64,000 nucleotides of DNA from an uncultured Gemmatimonadaceae bacterium (GTDB lineage Bacteria > Gemmatimonadota > Gemmatimonadetes > Longimicrobiales > RSA9): NCBI GenBank assembly GCA_964410055.1, contig CAYPGK010000001.1:4101-68100 (forward strand). The letters run 5' to 3'. How positions within the stretch are numbered: position 1 is the stretch's first letter; the number at the start of each line of letters is the position of its first letter. The notes under the pieces were generated by a model. It saw only the letters and a list, made by a program, of their open reading frames with translations. It was not told the DNA's origin and did not search any database. Position numbers and translations under genes: made by a program. Shown one piece after another: positions 51,568 through 59,508 of the stretch.

Positions 51568-54129
51568 TCACCGCCCACCGCCCGGGCGCGCCGGGCGGCC
51601 GAGGAGGTCGGGCGGATCCGCATCACGCCAGCGACGGCCGTTGCCGCCTGCGGGGCCGGGCGGGCGTGGTGGGGCGGGATCGGGTCGCTGTGCACGCGCG
51701 TCTGCTTCGCCGGTATCCGGGCGTGGCCGACTCGGCGGCGGCCGGTCCCGTGGCGGCGAGTCCGGCCGCGGCGCGCCTCGCTGCGGCTCACCAGGCCGGG
51801 GCGAAACCTGCGGAGTCACACCCGGCCGCGGCTCCTCACCCGGCTCCGCCCGGGTCGAGTCCGGCCACCAGCGCGGCGGCTGGGGGCGCGCGGCCGCCGC
51901 GGAGTCCCGTTCGATGAGGCGACGTCGGAACTGCTCCCACCATCGGATGTGCCCGCTATCCGCTCCCTCCACCGGCTCGCCGAGCAGGTCCGGCCCCAGA
52001 CTGTCCGGCCACGCCGGGTAGCCGGTCCTGCCGCAGGTCGCGGGCGGCGCCGTGCCGGCCAGGAAGTACTCGCTGCGTACGGCGCCGTGCGGCATGCACC
52101 ACGACGGCAGGACGTTGCCGAGTGCGTCGACCAGGAACGTCTCGATCCCGGGCGGCATCGCCCATTCGTTCCGCGGCGGCGGGGCGCTGCGCATGATGCG
52201 GCCCCAGACGGGCGCGGCCAGCGTGCCGCCGGTCGCGCCCGGGACGATCGAACGGCGCCGGTCGAAGCCGATCCACACCCCGGCGACGCGGTCGGGCGTG
52301 AAGCCGATGAACCAGACGTCCGCACCGTCGTTCGTCGTGCCGGTCTTCCCGGCGGCGGGCGCGGTGAAGCCGGCCCCGCGCACCGCAGTGCCGGTCCCCC
52401 GGTCGACGACGTCGCGCATGATGTCGACCGCCAGGAACGCGACGGCGGCGTCGAGCACCCGTCGCGACTCGGACGCGTGGCGCCAGACGACGCGCCCGTT
52501 GCGGTCCTCGACGCGGGTGACGAAGCGCGGCTCCGGCCGCTCACCGAGGGTCGCGAACGCGCCGTACGCCGCCACGAGCCGAAGCAGCGACACCTCGCCC
52601 GCACCGATCACGACCGACGGCACGGCCGGGAGCGGGCCGTCGAGCCCCATTCGGTGCGCCGTCTCGAGCACCGCGTCCAGCCCCACCTGCTCGGCAAGCC
52701 GGATCGTGGCCACGTTGCGCGATTGGACCAGTGCGTCGCGCATCGTGACCGCGCCCGCGTACGAGCCGCCGAAGTTACGCGGCGACCAGACCGAGCCGTT
52801 GGCGAGCACGCGGTGCAGCGGCTGGTCGGAGAGGACGTGCGTGGGAGGGTAGCCGGCCGCGAGCGCGGCCGCGTAGACGAAGGGCTTGAACGCGCTGCCC
52901 GGCTGGCGCCGCGCCTGCGTCGCACGGTTGAACTTGGAGTCTTCGAAGTCCCGCCCGCCGACCAGGGCCAGGACATCGCCGCTCCTGGCGTCCAGGACGA
53001 CGACGGCACCCTGGAGGTAGGGCGTGCGCCCTGCGCCCTCGGACGCGCCCGGCTCGTACGTCGGGTGCCGGAAGCGGCCGTAGCGGCCCGCCTCGATCGC
53101 GTCGAGCTGCTGGCCGAGCTCGGACTCCGCCGCCTCCTGCACGGCGGGGTCGAGCGTCGTGTGGATCGTGAGCCCGTCCGTATAGACCGCCTCGCCCAGC
53201 CAGTCCTCGACCTCTCGGCGGACCTCCTCGATGAAGTATGGCGCGCGTACGTCGAGGTCCACGGAGCCCCGGGCGAGGTCGAGCGGCTCGTGCAGTGCGG
53301 CCTCCGCCTGATCCACCGTGGCCGAGCCCTGCGCGGCCATCATCCGTAGCACGACCCCTCGGCGCGCCAGCGCAGCCGTGGGGTTGACCCGCGGGTTCAG
53401 CCGGTTCGGCGCGCGGATCACGCCCGCCAGCAGCGCGCCCTCCGCCAGCGTCAACGCCGACGCCGCCTTGCCGAAATATTCCTGCGATGCCGCCTCGATC
53501 CCCCACGCGCCGCCGCCGAAATAGATCTGGTTCAGATACATCTCGAGGATCTGCCGCTTCGTGAAGCGGGCCTCGATCTCTTTCGCCACGCGCATCTCGG
53601 CGAGCTTGCGCGAGAGCGTGCGCTCTCGCAGCGGCAGCCGCTCGGGGAACACGCTACGCGCGAGCTGCATGGTGATCGTGCTGAACCCTTCGGCGATGCG
53701 ACGCGCGCGGATGTTCGCCCACGCCGCGCCCAGGACCCGTGGCCAGTCCACGCCGTCGTGCTCCCAGAAGCGGCGGTCCTCGACGGCGATGAATGCGGCA
53801 GGCACATACGGCGGCAGGGAGTCGAGCGAAACGACGACCCGGTGCACCCGGTACAGCTTCGCGATCTCGCGTCCCTCCCGGTCGACCACGATGGACGCCT
53901 CGTCAGGGACGTACCCCTTCAGGCGTTCCACATCCGGGCAACCTCGCAGCCCACAGCGCTCCCACAGGAGCCAGCCGATCCCCGTCGCCACTGCGACGAC
54001 GATCAGCAGGGCTGCGAGCGCCCGCCCCGTCGGCCGCGAGATCCGGCTCCGGTTCGCTTCTTGCCTGTACACGAGCGGCCAAACGGGCAAGGACGATACC
54101 ATTGCACGGCTCGGCGGGGCGGAATACAT
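51568..54129 (-). CDS. penicillin-binding protein 1A (bifunctional glycosyltransferase/transpeptidase) with Pro/Arg-rich C-terminal tail
   Basis: GT51 motifs AVEDRRFWEHDG and TITMQLAR. Transpeptidase SAFKP, SRN and KTGTT. N-terminal TM anchor. Confidence 0.9.
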   Translation of the reverse strand: MYSAPPSRAMVSSLPVWPLVYRQEANRSRISRPTGRALAALLIVVAVATGIGWLLWERCGLRGCPDVERLKGYVPDEASIVVDREGREIAKLYRVHRVVVSLDSLPPYVPAAFIAVEDRRFWEHDGVDWPRVLGAAWANIRARRIAEGFSTITMQLARSVFPERLPLRERTLSRKLAEMRVAKEIEARFTKRQILEMYLNQIYFGGGAWGIEAASQEYFGKAASALTLAEGALLAGVIRAPNRLNPRVNPTAALARRGVVLRMMAAQGSATVDQAEAALHEPLDLARGSVDLDVRAPYFIEEVRREVEDWLGEAVYTDGLTIHTTLDPAVQEAAESELGQQLDAIEAGRYGRFRHPTYEPGASEGAGRTPYLQGAVVVLDARSGDVLALVGGRDFEDSKFNRATQARRQPGSAFKPFVYAAALAAGYPPTHVLSDQPLHRVLANGSVWSPRNFGGSYAGAVTMRDALVQSRNVATIRLAEQVGLDAVLETAHRMGLDGPLPAVPSVVIGAGEVSLLRLVAAYGAFATLGERPEPRFVTRVEDRNGRVVWRHASESRRVLDAAVAFLAVDIMRDVVDRGTGTAVRGAGFTAPAAGKTGTTNDGADVWFIGFTPDRVAGVWIGFDRRRSIVPGATGGTLAAPVWGRIMRSAPPPRNEWAMPPGIETFLVDALGNVLPSWCMPHGAVRSEYFLAGTAPPATCGRTGYPAWPDSLGPDLLGEPVEGADSGHIRWWEQFRRRLIERDSAAAARPQPPRWWPDSTRAEPGEEPRPGVTPQVSPRPGEPQRGAPRPDSPPRDRPPPSRPRPDTGEADARAQRPDPAPPRPPGPAGGNGRRWRDADPPDLLGRPARPGGGR

Positions 54130-54198
54130 TCGTCATCGCCCCAGGAGTGCGCGGATTGGCCGCGCCGCTCATTGCTCGAGGGGGAAAGGAGTGGAGCC

Positions 54199-55410
54199 AT
54201 GCGTATTCACGGCGTCCTGCGGCTCGCAGCCGCACCCGCGATCGCGCTCGCGCTCGTGGCCACGCCCGCCGTCGCGCGGCAGTCCTCCACCGAGGTTCGG
54301 CCCAAGACCGAGCCCAAGCCCTCGGCCCCGGCTGCCGTGAGCCGGCCGCCCGCCGTCCAGAGCCGGCCCGCGAGCCCACCCCCGAGCAGGCCCGCGATCG
54401 AGCGTAGCACTCCGCGCAGCTCGCCGTCCAATCAGTTCCGGATGCCGCGATTCGAGCGCCCCATCGATCGCGAGACGCTGAGAGGCCCGGAGGTGATCCG
54501 GACGCCCGCATCGCTACGCCGGGGTGAGCCACGTACGAACTCCCGGACCAACGCGCGGATGACGACGAGGTCGGCTCTTGCGCCCACCCGGGTCATCGAT
54601 CCGTCCCTGATCCTGGACGACGACGTCGCGGTCACCCTGCGGCTCGACGACTTCAGCCCCATCGAGCGTGCACGCATCCTCCTGGAGCTCCAGGAGCTCA
54701 TGGACCGCCACCTCGGCGCGAACGAGGAGTCCGCCGTCGGCGACGACGCACCGCAGATCGCGGCGCCCGAAGGCGCCCCGCACCCCCCGCACGTGCCGAA
54801 TACCGAGCGCCCCGTGCTCACCCCGCCGTCGATCAGCGATGACGAGGTGGAGACGCCGCCCACCACCACCCCGCCGCCGACCACCACGCGTCCGGACGAA
54901 TGGGATTGGCTCTGGTGGCGGTGGAGCAATACGTCCAACAGATTCTCGTGGATCGACGACTGCTCGTTCTACATGAGCTGGCTGGGCGTCTCGCTCGGCG
55001 ACCGCTTCGAGTTCATGCGCAACATGTACTCCCTCAGCCGGTCCTCGTCTCTCAACGGCGTGAGCCGGAGAGCATCCTGGTACCAGCCCTTCGACGGTAT
55101 TTGTATCGATCGCTACAACCTCGGGCCCGAGTTGACCTGGGAGCAGTACGTCAGCCACTTCAAGGCGCGGGCGGAGGCCGAGCAGGAAGAGCGTGTCGAT
55201 TGCGCGAGGGTGACCGTCCAGCGCTTCGATGGAGCCGCGGCAAGCTTCGAAGTCGGACTCCCCGCGCTCGGCGCCGAGACGCTCGGCGAGCTGCGTGACG
55301 CCATCACCGATCGTCTCATCCGCGGCGAGTCCGTCCCGCTCGCCGTCGTCCTCAAGCCCGGCGACGTGGAGGACGTCTCGGTCGGGGTCTGCAAGAGTGA
55401 CGCTGGATGA
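54199..55410 (+). CDS. secreted hypothetical protein (Pro-rich linker, Trp-rich segment)
   Basis: ATG 54199 after AAAGGAGTGGAG. Signal peptide LRLAAAPAIALALVATPAVA. DEWDWLWWRWSN segment. No known motif. Trimmed from ORF 53758..55410. Confidence 0.6.
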   Translation: MRIHGVLRLAAAPAIALALVATPAVARQSSTEVRPKTEPKPSAPAAVSRPPAVQSRPASPPPSRPAIERSTPRSSPSNQFRMPRFERPIDRETLRGPEVIRTPASLRRGEPRTNSRTNARMTTRSALAPTRVIDPSLILDDDVAVTLRLDDFSPIERARILLELQELMDRHLGANEESAVGDDAPQIAAPEGAPHPPHVPNTERPVLTPPSISDDEVETPPTTTPPPTTTRPDEWDWLWWRWSNTSNRFSWIDDCSFYMSWLGVSLGDRFEFMRNMYSLSRSSSLNGVSRRASWYQPFDGICIDRYNLGPELTWEQYVSHFKARAEAEQEERVDCARVTVQRFDGAAASFEVGLPALGAETLGELRDAITDRLIRGESVPLAVVLKPGDVEDVSVGVCKSDAG

Positions 55411-55518
55411 TCGCCACGATACTGGCAATCATCATGCTTTGCGCCATACTCGTGCACATGCTTCGCACGCGGTAATACCACCACTCAGCACGCCTGCGGA
55501 CCACGATTCAGGGACGTT

Positions 55519-55556
55519 GCGGGGTGTGGCGGCAGCGGCTCGCCACACCCCGCTTC
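55519..55556 (+). terminator. terminator after the 54199..55410 gene
   Basis: 13-bp perfect stem GCGGGGTGTGGCG/CGCCACACCCCGC, 9-nt loop, then TTCGG. Confidence 0.65.
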
Positions 55557-55601
55557 GGCATCGGGGGATTGACGCCGCACCCCCGCGCGTCGTACCTTCT
55601 A

Positions 55602-55617
55602 TCGAACGATCGTTCGA
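55602..55617. promoter_or_regulatory. perfect 16-bp palindrome TCGAACGATCGTTCGA, PaaR(TetR)-type operator candidate
   Basis: 15 nt upstream of the paaA ATG. The inner 14 nt CGAACGATCGTTCG fit the remembered Thermus PaaR consensus CNAACGNNCGTTNG. A TTGACG hexamer lies at 55569-55574. Confidence 0.55.
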
Positions 55618-55632
55618 ACCGTGGAGCCGACC

Positions 55633-56577
55633 ATGAGCCAACTGACCGAAGAGCAACTCAAGGAAAAGGTCCAGAACGGGTACATCCTGGAGTCACCGGA
55701 CGAGATGACCGAGGGTTACCGCAAGGCGCTGATCGTGCAGCTCACGGTGCAGGGCGACACGGAGCTGATCAGCGCGCCGGCGTACTGGATGGCGGCGCAG
55801 CACGCGCCATCGACGAACACGCAGGTCTCGGCGGTGGCGATCATCCAGGACGAGCTGGCGCACGCGAACATTGCGTACCGGATCCTGGAGGATCTGGGCG
55901 TGAGCCGCGAGAAGCTGCTCTACGATCGTGCGCCGCACGAGTTCAAGCATCCGTACGGCTTCGACCAGCCGCTGGATAGCTGGGTCGAGCTGGTGGTGGC
56001 GAACGCGTTTTACGACCGTGCCGGCTTCACGCTGCTGGGCGATGTGTTCGAGAACACGAGCTACGGTCCGCTGAAGCGTGCGCTGGTGAAGGTGGACCTG
56101 GAGGAGAATTTCCACCTGCGCCACGGGGAGAACTGGGTCAAGCGCCTGGTCAAGCTGGGCGGCGAGGTCCGCGAGCAGCTCCAGCGGGCGGTCGACTGGA
56201 TGTTCCCGATGACGGTCGAGTGGTTCGGCCTGCCGGACCACCTGAAGCGGCACAGCGGCCAGCTCGAGTACCGGCTGAAGGGGCTGACGAATGATCAGCT
56301 CCGTCAGAAGTGGATGGCGGCCGTGGTGCCGCTGTGCGAGAAGCACGGGTTGAAGGTCCCGGCGCACTGGGACGAGGCGCGTCAGGAGTACGTGCTGGAG
56401 TACCCGTTCCCGTGCCGCTACGACGCCGAAGCGAAGCGGTGGCTCTTCGAGGAAGGCGAGATCACGTGGGACGAGGTGTTCACGCGCTGGAAGGCGCGCG
56501 GCCCGATGAACGAGTTCTACGTGGAGTCGGTGCGTCGCAGCCACGGCTCGCTGCAGAAGATGCTGGCGGCGGCATGA
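55633..56577 (+). CDS. paaA: 1,2-phenylacetyl-CoA epoxidase catalytic subunit A-like di-iron protein
   Basis: Di-iron ligand contexts IQDELAH and LEENFH. Length and collinearity with PaaA. MSQLTEEQ start at 55633. Confidence 0.85.
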   Translation: MSQLTEEQLKEKVQNGYILESPDEMTEGYRKALIVQLTVQGDTELISAPAYWMAAQHAPSTNTQVSAVAIIQDELAHANIAYRILEDLGVSREKLLYDRAPHEFKHPYGFDQPLDSWVELVVANAFYDRAGFTLLGDVFENTSYGPLKRALVKVDLEENFHLRHGENWVKRLVKLGGEVREQLQRAVDWMFPMTVEWFGLPDHLKRHSGQLEYRLKGLTNDQLRQKWMAAVVPLCEKHGLKVPAHWDEARQEYVLEYPFPCRYDAEAKRWLFEEGEITWDEVFTRWKARGPMNEFYVESVRRSHGSLQKMLAAA

Positions 56578-56999
56578 GCGAAACGATTGCGAGCGCGCCG
56601 GAAGCCGTGGACGCGGTGGAGGCGTCGGGAGCGGCTGGCGCGGCCGAGGCCGGGTCGCTGGAAGGCCTGCCTGAGTTCGTGCGCGTGCGGCCGGGCACGG
56701 GCCCGCTCTGGGCCGCGCTCCGGGAGGTCCTCGACCCGGAGTTCCCGATCAGCGTCGTCGATCTGGGGCTGATCTACGACATCCGCCGTGAGGGCGGCCG
56801 GATCGATGTGGACGTGACGTTCACCGCGACGGCGTGCCCGTGCATGGATTTCATCAAGGACGACGTCCGCGAGCGTCTCGAGCGGGAGCCGGGCGTCGAC
56901 GAGGTGACGGTCCACGTGGTGTGGGATCCGCCGTGGACGCGGGAGCGGATGAGCGAGGCGGCACGCGAGCAGCTCCGTCGCTTCGGCGTGGCGGCGTAG
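56574..56999 (+). CDS. paaD: DUF59/MIP18 domain protein equivalent to the N-terminal half of PaaD
   Basis: ATG 56574 overlaps the paaA stop (ATGA). LDPEFPISVVDLGLIYDI...TATACPCMDF...WDPPWT is the DUF59 pattern found in the PaaD N-terminus. Confidence 0.75.
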   Translation: MSETIASAPEAVDAVEASGAAGAAEAGSLEGLPEFVRVRPGTGPLWAALREVLDPEFPISVVDLGLIYDIRREGGRIDVDVTFTATACPCMDFIKDDVRERLEREPGVDEVTVHVVWDPPWTRERMSEAAREQLRRFGVAA

Positions 57000-57054
57000 A
57001 GGCGCCGCCGGCACGGGGCCGGGGTCGGATCGGTCCGGGTACGAGAGTCGGGTT

Positions 57055-57264
57055 ATGAGCACGGTCTACGAGGTATTTGCGAGGAAGTCGCGCGGCGAGG
57101 CGCTGCGGCACATCGGGTGGCTGACGGCGCCGGACGATGATCTGGCGCGCGTCTACGCGTACCAGATGTACGACGAAGAACGCTGGTTCGACATGTGGGT
57201 CGCGCCGCGGGACCGGCTGATGGAAGTCTTCAATTCCGATCGCAACACGGCGCTGGGGCGTTGA
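57055..57264 (+). CDS. paaB: 1,2-phenylacetyl-CoA epoxidase subunit B
   Basis: 69 aa. VYEVFARKSRGEALRHIGWLTAPD...MWVAPR matches the remembered PaaB pattern (YEVF.R...H.G...A.D...WV). Confidence 0.8.
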   Translation: MSTVYEVFARKSRGEALRHIGWLTAPDDDLARVYAYQMYDEERWFDMWVAPRDRLMEVFNSDRNTALGR

Positions 57265-57266
57265 CC

Positions 57267-58073
57267 ATGGCAACGACGGTTGAGGCGGCCGGCCTGACGG
57301 CGGCGACGAAGGAGGCGGTTCGCGACCTGATCCTCGTGTTGGCGGACAGCAAGCGCCTGCTCGGGATGAGGTACGGCCAGTGGATCCTGGGTGCTCCCGA
57401 GCTGGAGGCCGGGATCGCGTGCGCGGCGATGGCGCAGGACGAGTGGGGGCACGCCCGCCTGTTGTACGCGCTCCTCAAGGAATTCGACGAGGACGTCTCG
57501 GCGCTCGAGCACGGCCGCCAGCCGCACGAATACGCGAGCATGGAAGCGCTGGACGCGGAGCCCGAGGACTGGTTCGGCGTCGTCGCGATGAACGCGCTGG
57601 CGGATGCGGCGCTGTCGGTGCAGTGCGAGGCGCTGCGCGGCTCCGCGTACGCGCCGCTGGCGCAGCGGGTCGAGAAGCTGCTCGACGAGGAGCGTTTCCA
57701 CGGGGCGCACGGCGCCGCGTGGTTCCGTCGCCTCGCGCGCGCGGGCGGCGCGGCGGCCGATGCATTGGCGGACGCGACCGAAGCGGCGCTCCCGGGGATC
57801 CTCCGCTGGTTCGGCCCGGATTCCGAGCGCGCACGTGAGATCGTCGAGGCCGGGATCGTCGACGCGTCTGGGAGCGCGCTCCGCGAGCGCTACCTGGAGC
57901 GGATCGGCGAGCTGCTGGACGAGCTGGGCGCGCGCGGCGCTGCGCTGCGGTCGCACGCGCCGTCGTTCGACGGCTTCGACGAGGCGCGGCGCCGCGTCTC
58001 GACGGCAGGACCGGACGCGGAGACGGTCGCCCGCATCCGTGGCGACAAGAACCGCATGTTCCTCGTCGACTGA
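57267..58073 (+). CDS. paaC: 1,2-phenylacetyl-CoA epoxidase subunit C
   Basis: ATG 57267, 2 nt after the paaB stop. PaaA-like helical fold with QDEWGHARLLY and EERFH. 268 aa. Confidence 0.8.
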   Translation: MATTVEAAGLTAATKEAVRDLILVLADSKRLLGMRYGQWILGAPELEAGIACAAMAQDEWGHARLLYALLKEFDEDVSALEHGRQPHEYASMEALDAEPEDWFGVVAMNALADAALSVQCEALRGSAYAPLAQRVEKLLDEERFHGAHGAAWFRRLARAGGAAADALADATEAALPGILRWFGPDSERAREIVEAGIVDASGSALRERYLERIGELLDELGARGAALRSHAPSFDGFDEARRRVSTAGPDAETVARIRGDKNRMFLVD

Positions 58074-58273
58074 TGGACGCGCCACGCAGGACCCGCTCGT
58101 GGAGCACGGTGACCGCGGCGGACCTCGGGCTCCCCGAGCGGCCCACCTGCCCGTTCTGCTCGGGCGTCGACACCGAGCTGCACGCGCCGTTCGGCGCGCA
58201 GCTCTCCGTCGTGACCTACTGGTGCCACGGCTGCCGCACGGCGTTCGAGTGGTTCAAGTGGGATCCCAGGTGA
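58073..58273 (+). CDS. paaD: zinc-ribbon protein equivalent to the C-terminal segment of PaaD
   Basis: ATG 58073 overlaps the paaC stop (ATGA). CPFCSGVDTELHAPFGAQLSVVTYWCHGCRTAFEWFKW parallels the E. coli PaaD C-terminus (CPRC...SEFGSTACKALYRCDSCREPFDYFK). Confidence 0.7.
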   Translation: MDAPRRTRSWSTVTAADLGLPERPTCPFCSGVDTELHAPFGAQLSVVTYWCHGCRTAFEWFKWDPR

Positions 58274-58351
58274 GGTCCCCGGGGGAATCGGGACGGGCTC
58301 CGGACGGCGGACCCGTCCGCGCCGAGGGCTGACAGCCGCGTTCCGACCCAC

Positions 58352-58402
58352 GTTCGACGGATTCGGCGAATCCACGCGTCGAACACTCGTTCTCGTTTTT
58401 CT
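58352..58402 (+). terminator. rho-independent terminator after the paa cluster
   Basis: GTTCGACG...CGTCGAAC outer stem with inner ATTC/GAAT pairing, followed by CTCGTTCTCGTTTTTCTCC. Confidence 0.6.
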
Positions 58403-58425
58403 CCAGGCTTTACCTTTCCCAATCC

Positions 58426-59445
58426 GTGTACCGCCACTGTATCTTCTGCGCATCCGAGTTCCCGTCCAACGAATCGATCGAATCGTTCCCGATCGGGCGA
58501 CGGCTGGCGTTCGATGGGGCAAAGGGTCGGCTCTGGGTCATCTGTCGCAATTGCGAGCGCTGGAACCTGACGCCGCTCGAGACGCGGTGGGAGGCGATCG
58601 AGGCGTGCGAGCGGGCGTACCGCGAGACGCGGCAGCGGGTCTCGACGGAGAACATCGGACTTGCCCGCCTGTCGGAGGGGCTCGAGCTGGTTCGGATCGG
58701 CGAGCCGCTGCGGCCGGAGTTCGCGGCGTGGCGTTACGGTGACCAGTTCGGCCGACGCCGTCGCACGGCGATCGTGACGGTGGCGGCGGCGCTCGCGGGC
58801 GGAGGCCTTGGCGCCATGCTCCTGGACGTGGCCGGGCTCGCCGGGTTCACCGCAGGCCTGATCCCGGTACAACTGTTCAACCTCGTGCGGATCGTACGGA
58901 CGTCGCGGCATCCGGGGATCCACATCGCGACGGAGGACGGTCAGACGCTGAGAATGCGGACCGCGCATCTCCACCAGGCGAAGATCCGACCGGCGGACGG
59001 CGCTCCGGATGGCTGGCGGCTCGAGCTCGCGCACGTGGACGGCCGCACGGAGTTGACCGGACCAGCGGCGACGCATGCACTCGGACTGCTCCTGCCGCGC
59101 GTCAACGCGACGGGCGCCTCGCGGCGGCAGGTCGAGACGGCGGTCCGGGAGATCGAGGAGGTCGGCGCGCCGGAGCGGTACTTCGCCGCCGCCGAGCTGA
59201 GCGCGCGCCGCAAGGGGCGGGGGTATGGGGCGCTCCCTGCGCAGCCGCCGGAGATCCGGCTGGCGCTCGAGATGGCGGCGAACGAGGCGGCGGAGCGCGC
59301 AGCGCTGGAGGGCGAGCTGGCGCTGCTCGAGCAGGCGTGGCGGGAGGCCGAGGAGATCGCCGCCATCGCCGACGACCTGCTGCTGCCGGATCGGGTGCGG
59401 ACGGTGCTGGAGCGGCTGCGTCCGGGCGCGCGGCACGACGTTTGA
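58426..59445 (+). CDS. hypothetical membrane protein with N-terminal C4 zinc ribbon and C-terminal coiled-coil-like region
   Basis: CIFC...x31...CRNC. Two predicted TM helices (TAIVTVAAALAGGGLGAMLL, LAGFTAGLIPVQLFNLV). Ala/Glu-rich C-terminus. Confidence 0.6.
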   Translation: MYRHCIFCASEFPSNESIESFPIGRRLAFDGAKGRLWVICRNCERWNLTPLETRWEAIEACERAYRETRQRVSTENIGLARLSEGLELVRIGEPLRPEFAAWRYGDQFGRRRRTAIVTVAAALAGGGLGAMLLDVAGLAGFTAGLIPVQLFNLVRIVRTSRHPGIHIATEDGQTLRMRTAHLHQAKIRPADGAPDGWRLELAHVDGRTELTGPAATHALGLLLPRVNATGASRRQVETAVREIEEVGAPERYFAAAELSARRKGRGYGALPAQPPEIRLALEMAANEAAERAALEGELALLEQAWREAEEIAAIADDLLLPDRVRTVLERLRPGARHDV

Positions 59446-59508
59446 CCGTTCGTCCGTCGCTGCACGGCACGACGCCGATCCTTCGAACCGCGCCTACGGA
59501 GGCGAGAC

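Noticed and set aside
53758-54198. N-terminal extensions offered by the ORF track. Examples: 53758..55410, 47997..49988, 33074..33817, 28033..31284, 17095..18930, 3574..5217.
   Set aside because: The extended parts overlap neighbouring well-supported genes or have junk composition. Internal starts with signal peptides, ribosome-binding sites or ATGA/GTGA coupling give proteins of the expected family length.
55436-55477. 13-codon mini-ORF (MLCAILVHMLRTR) in the spacer before the paa cluster, considered as a leader peptide.
   Set aside because: There is no ribosome-binding site, and it lies upstream of the terminator of the preceding gene rather than between a promoter and paaA. It contains no codon run suggestive of attenuation.
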